From Hemiscyllium ocellatum (Eukaryota), in the NCBI RefSeq assembly GCF_020745735.1, contig NW_026867487.1, positions 2,666,001 through 2,730,000 on the forward strand: 64,000 nt of DNA, given 5' to 3'. The notes beneath the pieces were generated by a model. That model had not been told where the DNA came from. It ran no database searches and was given only the letters and a program-made list of their open reading frames with translations. Positions 35,601-48,318 of the stretch are shown piece after piece (the first letter of the stretch is position 1; each line of letters begins with the position of its first letter). A program made the translations under genes and the position numbers.

Positions 35601-38251
35601 CCACCATTTTAAACAGCTTGCCCCCCAAACACAAGATTTTTACTGTTTTATACATAGTCAATGGATTCGAGTCTATCCCTTTACACCCTGAGTATCAGAA
35701 TAAATTTGCTTTTCCAGGAAGGGACAGACAGTATACATGGATTCGCCTGCCACAAGGGTTCCACGACAGCCCCACTATTTTTCACAGGGGGATGAGCGAC
35801 ATTCTGAAGAGAAAAGGGTTACCAGAGGGTAGCACTGCTCTCCAATATGTAGATGATATCCTAATTGCCTCAGAGTCCGAGTCAGGACACCAGGAAGCTT
35901 GATGTCTAGTATTACAGATGTCAGGGTTAAAAGTTAGCCTCACAAAGGCACAAATTGGCAAAACACAAGTCTTATGCCTGGGACACCTTATATCCCAGGG
36001 ACTCAAAGAAATGCCCAAGAAGGCAATCCAACAGATGCCACGACCTGCCACTGTCAGGGGAGTCAGAAAGGTCTTGGGGCTATTAACTGCAGTCAGAGCT
36101 TTATACCCGAGTTCACAAAATTGGCTGAACTGATCCAAAGGTTCATTAAAAGAGGCAAGCCCGTCTTGGATCCCGTAACCTGGGGGCCAGAACAGGAGGA
36201 GACATACAGTCAGCTTAAAACTCGACTCATATCAGCCCCTGGGCTAGGGCTGCCAGATCCCAGCAAGGATTTTCACATTCACTGTCATAATGAGGGAGGA
36301 TTTTACTCTGCAGTGGTCACCCAAGACCACTGTAGCAGGAGAAGGCTCGTAGGGTACTATTCAACTACAGAAAGGCCAGCAGTCACCGGGTTGCCCAGAT
36401 GCATAGCAGCCTTAGACTGTGCTGCTTTGGCCGTTAGGGTTAATGAGCCCATCGCAATGACAGGGAATGTCATCCTCCACACCAAACACACCCGAGTAGA
36501 GATGTTAAACACAGAGAAACTGAGGGCCGTCTCCAAACTGCGAAGGGCAAAGTGGGAGGCAGTTCTTTTATCCCCAAGTCAGTCCATGGTAACAGTTAGG
36601 GATGAGGGAATTCTAGACATGGGGAACTGCACAACTGTGGGGATATAGATGAGGATGAAGATAGGGGGAGAATAAAGGATATCCCCCCGAGACACAGCGG
36701 GCGAGACCCTCTTCGTGGACGGGTCATGAAAATACGTAGCAGGGTCGCCCCAAATAGGATGGGCTGTGGTAAATGATAAGTTAGAAACAGTTATGTCGGA
36801 AAGGATTGATGGAAGTCAGTCAGCGCAGGTAGCAGAACTGATAGCACTCGTCAAAGCACTGGCAACAGGAAAAATCGTGGATATATATATGGACAATCAA
36901 TGTGCCTTCAGTGTAGCCCATGACTACATGGTGGCATGAGGTAGCAGTGGGTTCACCACTGCAGGGGAACCCCTATCAGACACCAATTAAGAATTCAGGC
37001 ACTATTACGTGCCAGTGAACAGCCTGAAGAGGCTGCAGTTATAAAAATAAAAGCCCATCAAAAGGAGCCAGCAAAAGCGAGTCCTGGTTGGCTAAAATTC
37101 AAAAGAAACCAGGCAGCAGACTGAGCAGCTCAGAAAGTCCTAAAACAAGCAGCCATTGTCAAGGCTGCAATGGCCACTACTGAATTAGCAAAAGACGCTA
37201 TCTAAATTCAGCAGCTACGGGAGGACACCCCACAGAAAGAGAGAGCAATGGAAACTGCAGGGGGCATTCAAAGTGGGGAATGGTACCTGGAGGCGAGCAG
37301 ACAAGGTGGTAGCACCAGCGTGTACACAGAACACATTGCTTGAACAGCACCACGGGCTCTCCCATACAGGTAGAGAGGCCATGATAGCAAGCTTAGGGAG
37401 AAAGTGGTGGTGGAAGGGAATGGGAAGAGACGTGGCCAAGTACTACCGCAAATGAATGGATTGTGCAAACATAACCCAGGCAGACCCATAAAAGTTAAGG
37501 TGGGACACCATCCCAGACCTAGGGGACCCTGGGGACATCTTCAGATAGATTTTACAGGGCCACTACCATCTGCCCGTGAGCAAACATACTGCCTGTTCAT
37601 CACAGCCCAATTCACACGCTGGCTAGAGGCATTCCTGACCACATGCTGCACTGCGACCACTGTAGCCAGAATATTAGCGGAAGAGATAATCCCAAGGTAG
37701 AAGGTAGAGGGTACTCCTTCAGATCAACTCCGACCAAGGAAAGGTCATGAAGACTGTCTGCACATTACTCGGCATTAGATAAAACTTTCACATTCCCTAT
37801 CACCCCCAGAGCCCCAGATGGTGGACAGAATGAATAGAACGCTCAAAAATACTTTAGCTAAGACTATGCAAACCTCAGACAGAACATGGGCTGATGTGCT
37901 GCCAGCCAGACTAATGAAATTTAGAGCCACCACGAATCAGGCAACCAGGCCAACACCATATGAATTAATGACCGGGCGAGCAATGCAATTCCCAGAGACA
38001 ATAATCACAGGTGGCACTGATGTGGGTCTACGAAAAGACAAAATTACGGTGGTTTGTGACAGAATTAAGTGCCCACTTGAAAGGGATGTGGAAATCTGTA
38101 ATTGATAAACAGGATAAAAAGAACAAGGCAGGGGAACTTGAAATCTTCCCTGAGGTCCCAGCAGTAGGAAGCCGTGTCCTGGGTACTGCCCGATAAACCA
38201 AGCTTTGCCCCAAAACGGAAAGGGCCATACAACGTGTATCTGTATCTGTGT

Positions 38252-38465
38252 GTTGCTGGTTAAAGCACAGCAGGTTAGGCAGCATCTCAGGAATAGGAAA
38301 TTCGACGTTTCGAGCATAAGCCCTTCATCAGGAATCCTGATGGAGGGCTTATGCTCGAAACGTCGAATTTCCTATTCCTGAGATGCTGCCTAACCTGCTG
38401 TGCTTTAACCAGCAACACGTTTTCAGCTCTGATCGCCAGCATCTGCAGACCTCATTTTTTACACC
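38252..38465. mobile_element. Penelope-derived terminal repeat with an inverted partial copy, inserted in ERV integrase; putative 11-nt TSD TGTATCTGTGT
   Basis: 169-nt palindrome at 38250-38418 (84-nt arms, one mismatch). TSD at 38241-38251 and 38466-38476. Confidence 0.85.
38300..38335 (-). ncRNA. Minimal hammerhead ribozyme motif (Penelope type)
   Basis: Minus strand reads AUUC-CUGAUGA-A-GGGC-UUAU-GCUC-GAAA-C-GUC-GAAU: stem I AUUC/GAAU, stem II, conserved core, palindromic ACGU helix III. Confidence 0.65.
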
Positions 38466-39249
38466 TGTATCTGTGTAGATATTAAAGGAAAAGGCACATG
38501 GAAGCACTGGACCCATCTAAAACTGTTAAAGATTCCTACGACCAAAGTAATATCATTGACCATTCCCCAGGTGCAGATAGGAATAGCGGACAAGATGGTC
38601 ATCCCTGGGGGAATCCCGAAAACACAATAGAACAAACCACACAGAACCACGACTGCACCTCCTGACAAAAACAAAGACTTTGACTGATAATTTTATTTTA
38701 ACTGCTAAATGTTAATACCTGTACATATTTTAATGTGTTTAAGTGTCGTGACTGTCGGGAGCCTGTCAGGATTTGAAGATCACCTCTTGTATAAAACCCA
38801 CCTAAGTTTACATGGGAACTGAACTGTCTGCCACCCACTGGCGCGATCAGTAGAATCCCTATTTGTGGCCACCCTGGTGTGGACCCCTTGCGACCTGTAT
38901 ACAGTAGACACATCAGGAGCGCTGTGTAAGGGGCAGTAAGGGGACTCCAGGTAGATGTGTGCAGCTGGGCAGGACTACAGGCCCATGGGACTGGGTCCCC
39001 CAGCCTAGGGAAGGGAAGAGCCATTTTAAAATCCGGTGATTACCCACTCTGTTTCACAGGGCACGGATGGGCATACGTTTATGCCCCGGTTCCCAAAGAT
39101 AACTCATGCGTCCAGACACAGTGCACTTATCAGCACTGTACAGTCACCAGGGGACAGTTTGCCTGCAGTGAGCAAGAATGCTTAAATGTGACCGCGGTCA
39201 GACGATTGATATGTGGTCAGTGCAATGGCACCGACATCAGCCCCATGAA

Positions 39250-40350
39250 CCCCAAGGTCATCCAGAGGTGTCCACAATGAAGATGTTGGTGAGTCTTATG
39301 TCTGCTGGCCAGGAGTGGATGCAGACATAGCTGAATTGGTAGGCAGTGCCCAAAATGCCAACAAGATCAAAAGTTACACCCAGAAGTTCCCCCATATTCA
39401 TGTGAATGGCCGGGTAAACTCTGGATTCAGTTACATGTCAACAATGCCTTTCATGGGCTCAACGTTCTTTGTCATTGTGAATGCCCCATTCTAAGTGATT
39501 GGATTTGCACAGAGTTCATTCGTCAACCATGGGGAAGATGATTGAAATGTCACAAGCAGCTTTTGCAACACACAGGTTCCCGGAAGTATTGGTCACAGAA
39601 GATGGGCTGTCATTCACCAGCAAGGAATTCAAGTATTTCCTCAAGTTGAAAGGCATTCGGCATACAGCTCTATACCATCGATCATCCAATGGTCTGGTGG
39701 AAAGAGCAGACCAAGCTTTGAATACAGGCTTAAGTAAACAGCCTACAGCTTCACTGGATACCAAACTGTCCCAGTTCCTATTTGATTATTGGACCACCCC
39801 TCATGCAACTACAGGGATAACACCAGCAAAGTTGCTAAAAGGGAGAAGACTCCACAACAGGTTAAATCTGATCTTCCTGGACTAGTAAGGGATGGTAAAA
39901 CAGCAGGAGGAATGCCAGTATCCTGGGCCAGACTCCAATAAGTGAGAGAGACAGTTTATTACAGGAGCTGAAGTTCAGTGTAGGAACCACAAGGTCAGGA
40001 CCAATGATGTAGAAAGTTCAGGTAGGAGTGACAGATCTGAGCTATGAACTCCCTCAGAACAGTTAGGAAGACTGTCAGAAACCTTAGATTCTCCCTCTCC
40101 ATCAAATGTTGAGTGAATTCTCTCGAGGTGCTCTGGGCAAAAAGGTGAGTTCCTGTGCATTACACACTGCACTCAGATCTGACACAGAGTTGGAGGAACC
40201 GAACCCGGTGCTCAAACACCCAAGGAGGCACGACAAAAAAAAGACTGACTTATGTCCTCGCACTCAGAAGGGGAGGGATGTTGTGATTTAAAATGAGGTC
40301 AGTCAGCTGGAACTCAGAGTATATCAGTTCCCTGTCTGGGGCTGTTAAAC
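39250..40350 (+). mobile_element. Gypsy integrase fragment with polypurine tract and start of the 3' LTR
   Basis: HPEVSTMKM..RSYV.WPG; ORF 39499-39885 ...SNGLVERA...TTPHATTG; PPT AGAAGGGGAGGGA at 40266-40278 followed by TGT. Confidence 0.8.
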
Positions 40351-40354
40351 AAGG

Positions 40355-41155
40355 GGGAAGTGAGGACTGCAGATGTTGGAGATCAGAGTCAAGAGTGTAG
40401 TACTGGAAAAGCCCAGGTCAGGCAGCATCCAAGGAGCAGGTGAATTGCGTTTTGGTCAGAAGCCCTTCATCAGGAATTAGGCTTGTGGGTCAGGGCTGAG
40501 AGATAAATGGGATGGGATGGGGTTTGGGGGAAGGTCGCTGAAAAAAGTGACAGGTGGATGAAGGTGAGGGAGAAGGTGATAGGTCAGAGGGGGGAGTGAT
40601 GGACAGGTCCGAAGAGCAGTGCCGAGTTGGAAGCTTCGGACTGGGATAATGTAGGGGGGAGGGGAAATGACGAAGATGATGAAATCCACATTTATCCCTG
40701 TGTGGTTGCAGGGTCCCAAGACGGAATATGAGACACTCTTCCTCCAGGCGTCGGGTGGTAATAATTTGGTTGTGGAGGAGACCCAGGACCTGCATGTCCT
40801 TGATGGAGTGGGAGGGGGCGTTGAAGTGTTCAACCACGGGGCGGTGGGGTTGCTGGATGTGAGTATCTGAAACAATCCACAAGAAAGCATCCTGTCTCCC
40901 CGATGTATAGAAGACCACATCGGGTGCAACGGATGCAGTAAATGACATTGTAGAGGTACAGATAAATTTCTGATAGATGTAAAAGGGTAGCTTGGGGCCT
41001 TGGAAGGAGGTGAGGCAAGTGGTGTGGACACAGAGTTTGTACTTCCTCCGGTGGTAGGGAAAGGTGCCGGGAATGGGGTGTGGGCTGCTGGGGGGTGTGG
41101 GCCGGAGAAGTTATGAGTGATAATGAACATTGTACGATTATTGGCAAACATCCTC
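40355..41155 (-). mobile_element. Penelope-like element 3' part (second family)
   Basis: NVIYCIRCTRCGLLYIGETG and EEECLIFRLGTLQPH; degenerate hammerhead-like end near 40440-40477. Confidence 0.85.
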
Positions 41156-41159
41156 ACTT

Positions 41160-41720
41160 CTGACCTTATGATGGAGGGAAGTCATTGACAAAGCAGTTGA
41201 AGATGGTTGGAGCTAGGACACGATCCTGAGGAAGTCCTGCAGACATATCCTGGAGCTGAGATGACTGATCTCCAACAACCACGACCATCTTCTTACCTGC
41301 CAAGTACGACTCCAACCAGTGGAGAATTTAACCCCCTCATTCCCATTAATACCAATTTTGCTCGGGCTCCTTGATGCCACACTCTGCCAAATGCAGCCTT
41401 GATGGCAACAGCTGTCACTCTCACCTCACCTCTGGAATTCAGTTCCTTTGTCCATGTTTGAGTTAAGACATGAACGAGGATAGGAGCTGAGTGGCCCTGG
41501 TAAAACCCAAACTGGACATCACTGAACAGATTATTGCGACAAAGGTACTGTTTGATAGCACTATTGGTGACACTTCCATCATTTTACTGATGATTAGGGA
41601 GAGAAATGGGGCCGTATTAGGCTGGGGCTGGGTTGGCTTTGACCTAGCTTCTTGTGATGTAATTGTACTGGAAGAATCTGGCTAGGGGAGTGGCAAGTTC
41701 TGGAGCACAAGTCTTCAGCT
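41160..41720 (-). mobile_element. L2/Crack-like LINE fragment
   Basis: Reverse reading gives a GLPQDRVLAPTIFNCFVNDFPS-like RT segment. Confidence 0.55.
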
Positions 41721-42149
41721 AAGCTCCTGTCTTTTCCCATATGATTGCATTCCATTTCTATCCATTTCTCAAGTACGGTCATGAGTGAACATTCTCATAG
41801 CCCAGAAAAAGAGGGTGATATTTCTGGGTATACAGCAGCCATAATGGTGTTAATGAGGGAATTCTAGGATTTTGACCCAACAACACTGAAGGAAAACTGA
41901 TATAATCCTACACCAGGATGGTAAGTGGAATCTGGAATGTGCTGCGAAGGGAGCATTTGGTGAATTTCTGCAGTGCATCCTGTTGGTGGTAGATGCTGCG
42001 ATTGTACATCATAGGCAGAGGGTGCAATGTGGTGTCAGCTAAGTGTTTTACTTTGTCCTGGATGTTGTCGAGCTTTTTCAGTGCCACTAGAGTTGCATTT
42101 ATCAGACGATGGGAAGTATTCTATCACATTCTTATATATCAGAGGATAC

Positions 42150-42970
42150 AGCAGGTCACAATCAGTTGGAGGCATGGGCAGAAAATGGCAGATGGAGTTT
42201 AATCCGGTCAAATGTGAGGTGATACATTATACAGTGAATGGCAGATCCCTTCGAAGTATTGATATGCAGAGAGATCTGGGTGTACAGGTCCACAGATCAC
42301 TAAAGGTAGCAGTGCAGGTAGACAAGGTAACTAAAAAGACCATTGGCATTCATGCCTTCATTGGAAGGGGCATCGAGTATAAGGATAGACAAGTCAGGCT
42401 GTAGCTTTATAGAACTTTAGTTGGGCCACAGTTGGAATATTGTGTGCAGTTCTGGTCACCACACTACCAGAAGAATGTGAATGCTTTAGAGAGGGTACAG
42501 AAAAGACTTAACAGGATGTCGCCTCGTATGGAGGATTTTAGCTATGAAAAAAGGATGACAAGGTTTGTTTTCACTGGAATGCAGGAGGTTCAGAGGCGAC
42601 CTGAAAGAAGTTTATAAGATTGTCAATGCATGGACAGAGTGAAAGCATGAGGCGTCTTCCCAGGTGGAGGGATCGATTACAAGGTTCAAGGTGCTGGGGG
42701 GGAGACGGGGAGGGAAGGTTCAAAGAGATGTTGGAAGCACATTTTTCACACAAAGTGTGGTGAGTGCTTGGCATGCACTGCCAGTGGAGGAGGTGGAAGC
42801 AGACACAACAGCAGCATTCAAGAAATACCTGGACAAATACATGAATAGGAAGGGAGTAGAGCAATATGGATCCTGTCAGGGAAAATAGTTTCAACGCGAA
42901 AGGGCAAAGTGTGTCAGAGTAGGCTTAGAGGGCCAAAGGGGCTGTTCCTGTGCTGCACTGTTCTTTGTTC
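42150..42970 (+). mobile_element. CR1 LINE 3' part
   Basis: WQMEFNPVKCEVIH, YCVQFWSPHYQK. Confidence 0.85.
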
Positions 42971-43834
42971 TAATCCTGACCTATGCTATGTCCTGAAGGA
43001 GGGTCCTGCTTAAAATGTCGACTCTCTTGCTCCTCGGATACTGCCTGAGCTGCTGTGCCTTTTCTAGCACAATGCTTTATCAATAATGTCGATTGTGGAC
43101 AGGCCTTGCGGAGCCAGGAGAGATTCCTAGCACCTGAGCTCATCCGGTAGAGTGGCAGAGTGATAATGTCACTTGTCTAGTAATCTAGATGTCCAGACTA
43201 ATTCGCTGGGGGAGGAAAAGTAAAATAGTACAGATGTCAGGAATCTGAAATAAAACATCAAGTGTTGAAGAAACTCAGTAGGTCTGGCAGCATCTGTGGA
43301 AGATGAACACAGTTTACATCTAAAATCTGAGATGCAGAGTCTCTCCAGCATTTTCTGTTTTTAATTCTCTGGGGACATGGACTCCAAGTTGCACTGCAGC
43401 TCCTGATGGAACTCAAATTCAGTGAGTTAAATCTGGAATTAAGAGCTAGTTACAGTATTGTTGTATAGTTGTAAAAACCCATCTTGTTCACAACTTCCCT
43501 TCAGGGAAGGGAATCTGCTCTCTTTACCTGCTCTTGTCTACATGTGACTCCACACCCACAACAATGTGACTGATTCTGATGTGAAATGGATAAACAAGCC
43601 ACTTAGTTCATGAGCAATGAGGAAAGGGGCAGCAAATGCTGTCCTTGGCAGTGATGCCCACATCCTATGAAATAATAAATCATAAGACCATAAGACATAG
43701 GAGTGGAAGTAAGGCCATTCGGCCCATCGAGTCCGCTCTGCCATTCAATCATTGCTGATGGGCATTTCAACTTCATTTACCCGCATTCTCCCCGAAACCC
43801 TTAATTCCTTGATACATCAAGAATTTATCAATCT

Positions 43835-44375
43835 ATTCTCTCTGTTCCCACTCTCTCTGTCCTGGTCTCTTTGTAACCCCTCTCTCTGTCCCACTCCTCT
43901 CTGACCCCCCTGTCTCTGCTCCCTCTCTCTGTTCCCCCTCTCTGCCCCCTCTCTCTTTCTCTCCTCTCTCTGCCCCCTCTCTTTCTGTCACCCACCTCTG
44001 TGTCACCCCCCTCTCTGCCCCCCCTCTCTGTTCCCCTTCTCTGTCTACCCTCTCTTTGTCCCCCTCTCTCTGTTCCCACGCTCTCTGTTCCCGCTCTCTC
44101 TGTACCCTACTCTCTGTCCCCCTCTGTCTCTTCCCCATCTGTCCCTCCCCCTCTCTGTCCCCCTCTCTCTGTTCACGCTCTCTCTGTCCCCCTCTCTCTC
44201 TGTCCCTCTCTTTCTGTTCCCCACTCTCTGTTCCCCACTCTGAGCCCCCCTCTTTCTGTCGCACTCTCTCTATCCCTCTCTCTCTGTCCCCCTCTCTGTC
44301 CCCCCTCTCTGTACCCCCCACTCTCTGTCACCACTCTCTCTGTCACCACTCTCTCTGTCCCCCTCGCTCTGTGAC
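43835..44375. repeat. (CT)-rich low-complexity array (CTCTCTGTCCC-like)
   Basis: Directly visible; its ORFs are compositional artefacts. Confidence 0.95.
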
Positions 44376-46645
44376 CCTCTCAGATATAATATACTGTGTA
44401 AATTCACGGCAGTGCAATCCAGGCACATATTATCTCCCTTCTCTCAAACACCACCTCTTCCACTCTGTAACACCACATTCAATTCACTTCCTCTTGTCAT
44501 CTCTCCCAATCTATCACATTCCTGCCCTTCTTCCTGCTTTATAACACACTAGTCCCCTCCACTTCCTCCTCCACCTCATTGTACTGTGTGCATACACGCT
44601 GCTTCAGCAATGTTCCCAAGCAAGAAACAATACCCCGCCCACTGCTCCCACAATTCGCCCATTGACAAACCCACTCTCAGAGAGGAATAAATGATTCCCT
44701 TACTGTGTCACTGCAGTATATTTGAGTCAGCTCCCAGGCGTGGACAGTTCTTTTCCTTTAACTCTCCTTCAGTGAGTGAATGCTGAAACCCTCTGTCCTC
44801 AGTATAATTTTCACACTCAATGACTGCAAATAACGGCCTGGGCCTCTGTTTCCTGTTTTGAGACTGTTCGCTTCTCTCCCATCAGTCATTGTCCAGGCAG
44901 CCTGTTTGCACAAAGTGCAGCCAGCATCTGAGAGACAGTTTCTACCCTGTGCAGGGTCAGCTGGGACAGGAGGGAGAAGGGAGAAAGCGGAATAAGGAAA
45001 GGAAGATAGAGTGGGAAAGGGGCAGAGTATTGAGGATCAGATGTGGGGAGATAAGACCACTAGGCCATCGATTCATCTTTTTTAGCCTCTGTCCACACCT
45101 CCCCGCCCCTCCTTAACTCCCCATGATCAGCATAAAAGTCAGTTTTCCCTAGCTATCAGTTCTGAAGTAAGATGAATGGTCTTCAAAGATTAACTCTGCT
45201 CTTTCTCTATACATGCTGCCAGACCTGCTAAGTTTGTCCAGCAATTTCTGTTTCCGTGTGCCTGAGAGCCTCATACTGGAGAGCATACCCAGGGTGTGGG
45301 TAAACTGTGTGTTCCCTGGTTACTGACAGCTACCATACCAGTAAATGTTCTGTAAGAATACATACCCCAGGACTAGATATTGAGGGAATATGAACAGATA
45401 TTTGAAGAGATTTCTTCCGCCAGGTTATTAGGGAACTGATTCTATAGTCGGGGCAACATCCTGAACGTAAGTTTTTGGAAATATGTCAGAACTGGACACT
45501 GAAGACATGCATCCCAGGACAAGACATTATGTGAGTACATCCCAGGAACACAAGTAGATACCTGGGGGAACACAATTATTAGATCAGTTATTAGGGGATT
45601 TTTACTGTCATTTAAGACTGAAGTATGAATTAAGAAATTGAGGCATAAATCACAGACCAGAGATTTCACATCACATGAGAAAGAACACCCCCAAACCACT
45701 CTGGAAAATGCTGGGTGATGCACTGCACAACTCAATACTTCTCAACTCCTAATGTCATCACTGAATCTTTCTCTCTCCGACACTTACTCTTTTCCTGTTT
45801 AATCCATTTCTCCTTCTATCTCCTTTCCACTAATTATAGAATGTCACTACAATTCCTGTTCTTTCTCTGTCCCATTTCAAAACACACTTTTACCCAATAT
45901 TTCCTCTCTCGCTCTCCACATACAGTTCCATTTGATCCCTTTTCCAATAACCCTGGTCTCCCTCCCACTCCAGAACATATTTTGCCCCTCTTTCTTTTCT
46001 CTCTCTCTCTCTCTCTCCCCCCCCATATTCTCCTGTTTATCACAGCAGTCTGTGCAGCATGCAGCTGCAGAATTTCTACCAGAAAACAGAATCTGCTACT
46101 AACCGACAGAAGCTCCTCCCACCCCTGAGGTCACCCATCTGTAAATTCAGTTAATAGAGTTACCTTACACACACAGTTGCTCATTAGGAACAGGCTGGTC
46201 CTCTGCTTCCTGTTTGAGCTGCTTGTTTCTCTCCTCTCAGTCAATTGTAAAGGCTGTCAGCTTAAACAATGGACAGACAACCTGGAAGTGCCAGCTTCTG
46301 TTTCTGTGCAGCATGGAGAGGGAGGAGGGAGAAAGTGGGAGAAATGGCAGTCTGTTTGTAAACAGTGCAGCCAGATTGTGTGTCAGATTAAGTGGCAGAC
46401 AGACGGAAACAGGGAGAAAAAAAATTCAAACCTAAGAAAGTATGAAATATTGTAAGAAGTCAGCCATTGACTCCTGAGAACTTGTCTCATGTTGCAACAA
46501 AAACTTGTTTGCTTTCTCCCAAATCTCAGTTTCTCACACTATCATCACATCCCTTCATACCCGTAAACCTATTGAGGCAATCTTGAATTTATTCAATAAC
46601 TGAGAATGCACAGCACTCTCAGGAAGACAACTGAAAAGATCAGAA

Positions 46646-48005
46646 TATTTTTAATTTCAAAAATATACTTTATTCATAAACACTTTGATGATCTGTACAA
46701 CTGGACATGCCATACGTATGTAAACATTCCATTTCTTTGCATACCAAAACAGAGAAATTCCTATTTACAGGTCGGTACAATTACATTTTTAGCTGAGGCG
46801 TCAGCAGAGCTGAAATGACTGCGTGGGCCCCCTTGTATTTAGGCAGGCAGATGTTACACGGTGGTCTTTCCCCACCGCACCTTGGCAGCAGCTGCCCCAG
46901 GCTTCAGCGCATCCCTCAACATGTAGTCCTGGACCTTGGAATGTGCCAGTCTGTAACACTCAGTCGGGGTCAACTCCTTCAGCTGGAAGATCAACAGGTT
47001 TCATACCACCCAGAGAGCGTCCTTCACCAAGTTGATGGTCCTCCAGGCACAGTTGAAGTTCGTCTTGGTGTGCGTCCTGGGGAACAGGCCGTAGAGCACG
47101 GAGTGCCGCGTCACGGCGCTGTTCGGAACAAACCTCGACAAACACAACTGCATTCCTCTCCAGACTTCTTCTGCATAGGCACATTCCAGAAGGAGGTGTG
47201 TGACAGTCTCGTTCCCCGTCCCCGCAGCCACTTCGAGGGCAGCGTGTGGTGCAGCTGAGAGTCCGGGCGTGCATAAAGGGTCTCACAGGCAGAGCCCTTC
47301 TCACCACCAGCCAAGCCATGACTTGGTGCTTGTTGGAAAGTTCTGGCGATGAGGCATTCTGCCAAATGGCTTTGACAGTCTGCTCAGGGAACCGCTCGAT
47401 AGGATCCGCCCTCTCCTTTTCCCCAAGGGTCTCGGGACACTACGTGCTGACCACTTCCTGACAGACTTGTGGTCAAAGGTGTTTTTCTTCATAAACTTCT
47501 CCACGAAGGACAGGTGGTACGGAGCAGTCCAACTACTCGGAGCGTTCCGCAGCAGCGAGACCAGGCCCATCTTTCACAACACCAGGGACAGGTAGAACCT
47601 CAGTACGTAGTGACACTTAGTGTTTGCGTACCGGGGATCCACGCACAGTTTGATGCAGTCACACACAAAGGTGGCCATCAGGGTGACGGTGGCATTGGGT
47701 GTATTTTTTTCCCCCGTTGCCCAGATCTTTGTACAGCGAGTCCCTTCGGACCCGGTCCATCTTTGATCTCCATATAAACTGGAAGATGACCCGGGTGACT
47801 GTAGTGGCACAAGTTCTGGGAATAGGCCAGACCTGTGCTACATATAATAGTCATGACAGTGCCTCACACCTGATGACCAGGTTTTTTCCCACAGTGGAGA
47901 GCGACCGTAGCTTCCATCTGCCCAGTTTCTGTCTCACTTTGCTGATACGCTCCTCCCAAGACTTGGCACACACCCCAGCACCCCCCAAACCAAATACCCA
48001 GCACC
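46646..48005 (-). mobile_element. Tx1-clade LINE, 3' part of ORF2 plus 3' UTR and polyA
   Basis: Inverted paralogue of about 52000-53340; ORF2 end KTTV* at 46854; AATAAA and A-tail near 46646-46675. Confidence 0.92.
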
Positions 48006-48011
48006 CTGTGC

Positions 48012-48318
48012 GTCCACTGCAGCGAACCCACAGCACTCAAACAAAATCTTCTTAATGAACACTGTCCGATCGACTAGTGTATGCTCCTCCACCTTCTTGA
48101 CAGTCACCCTGACTGTGTTGCGAATGCCCTGGCCCGGGGCGTGGGCAGCTGTTGAGGCCATAGCTCTGAGGTTAGCTGGTCCCTAAATTGGCGTTAGGCT
48201 GAAGCCAGCATGAAGATCCACCAGTAGCAGGTCAGCACAACAAACGATCCTCCAACGTCCAATCATGAGCCAGCCATGATCTCCACTAGCTCTGATGACT
48301 CGAAACTGGACCCACGTC
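48012..48318 (-). mobile_element. Inverted 5' UTR and ORF1 N-terminus (MASTAAHAPGQGIRNTVRV...CCGFAAVD) of the Tx1 element
   Basis: Supplies the ORF1 N-terminus missing from the + strand ORF1 that resumes at 48491. Confidence 0.8.

Larger units (their letters stand above)
33790..39245 (+). mobile_element. Decayed endogenous retrovirus: gag (CCHC at 34647-34687), protease (LVDTGA), RT (LPQGF, QYVDD), tether, RNase H (LFVDGS), integrase (HHCC, QIDFTG, SDQG), truncated env-like segment
   Basis: Ordered retroviral motifs across several frames with many stops and frameshifts. No LTRs recognised. Confidence 0.88.

Noticed and set aside
43828-44544. Long ORFs rich in E/R/G or L/S/P
   Set aside because: Translation of a CT-rich simple repeat.
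48292-48318. CTGATGA-CTC-GAAAC hammerhead-like string in the Tx1 5' UTR (antisense)
   Set aside because: No stem II and no convincing stems I or III.
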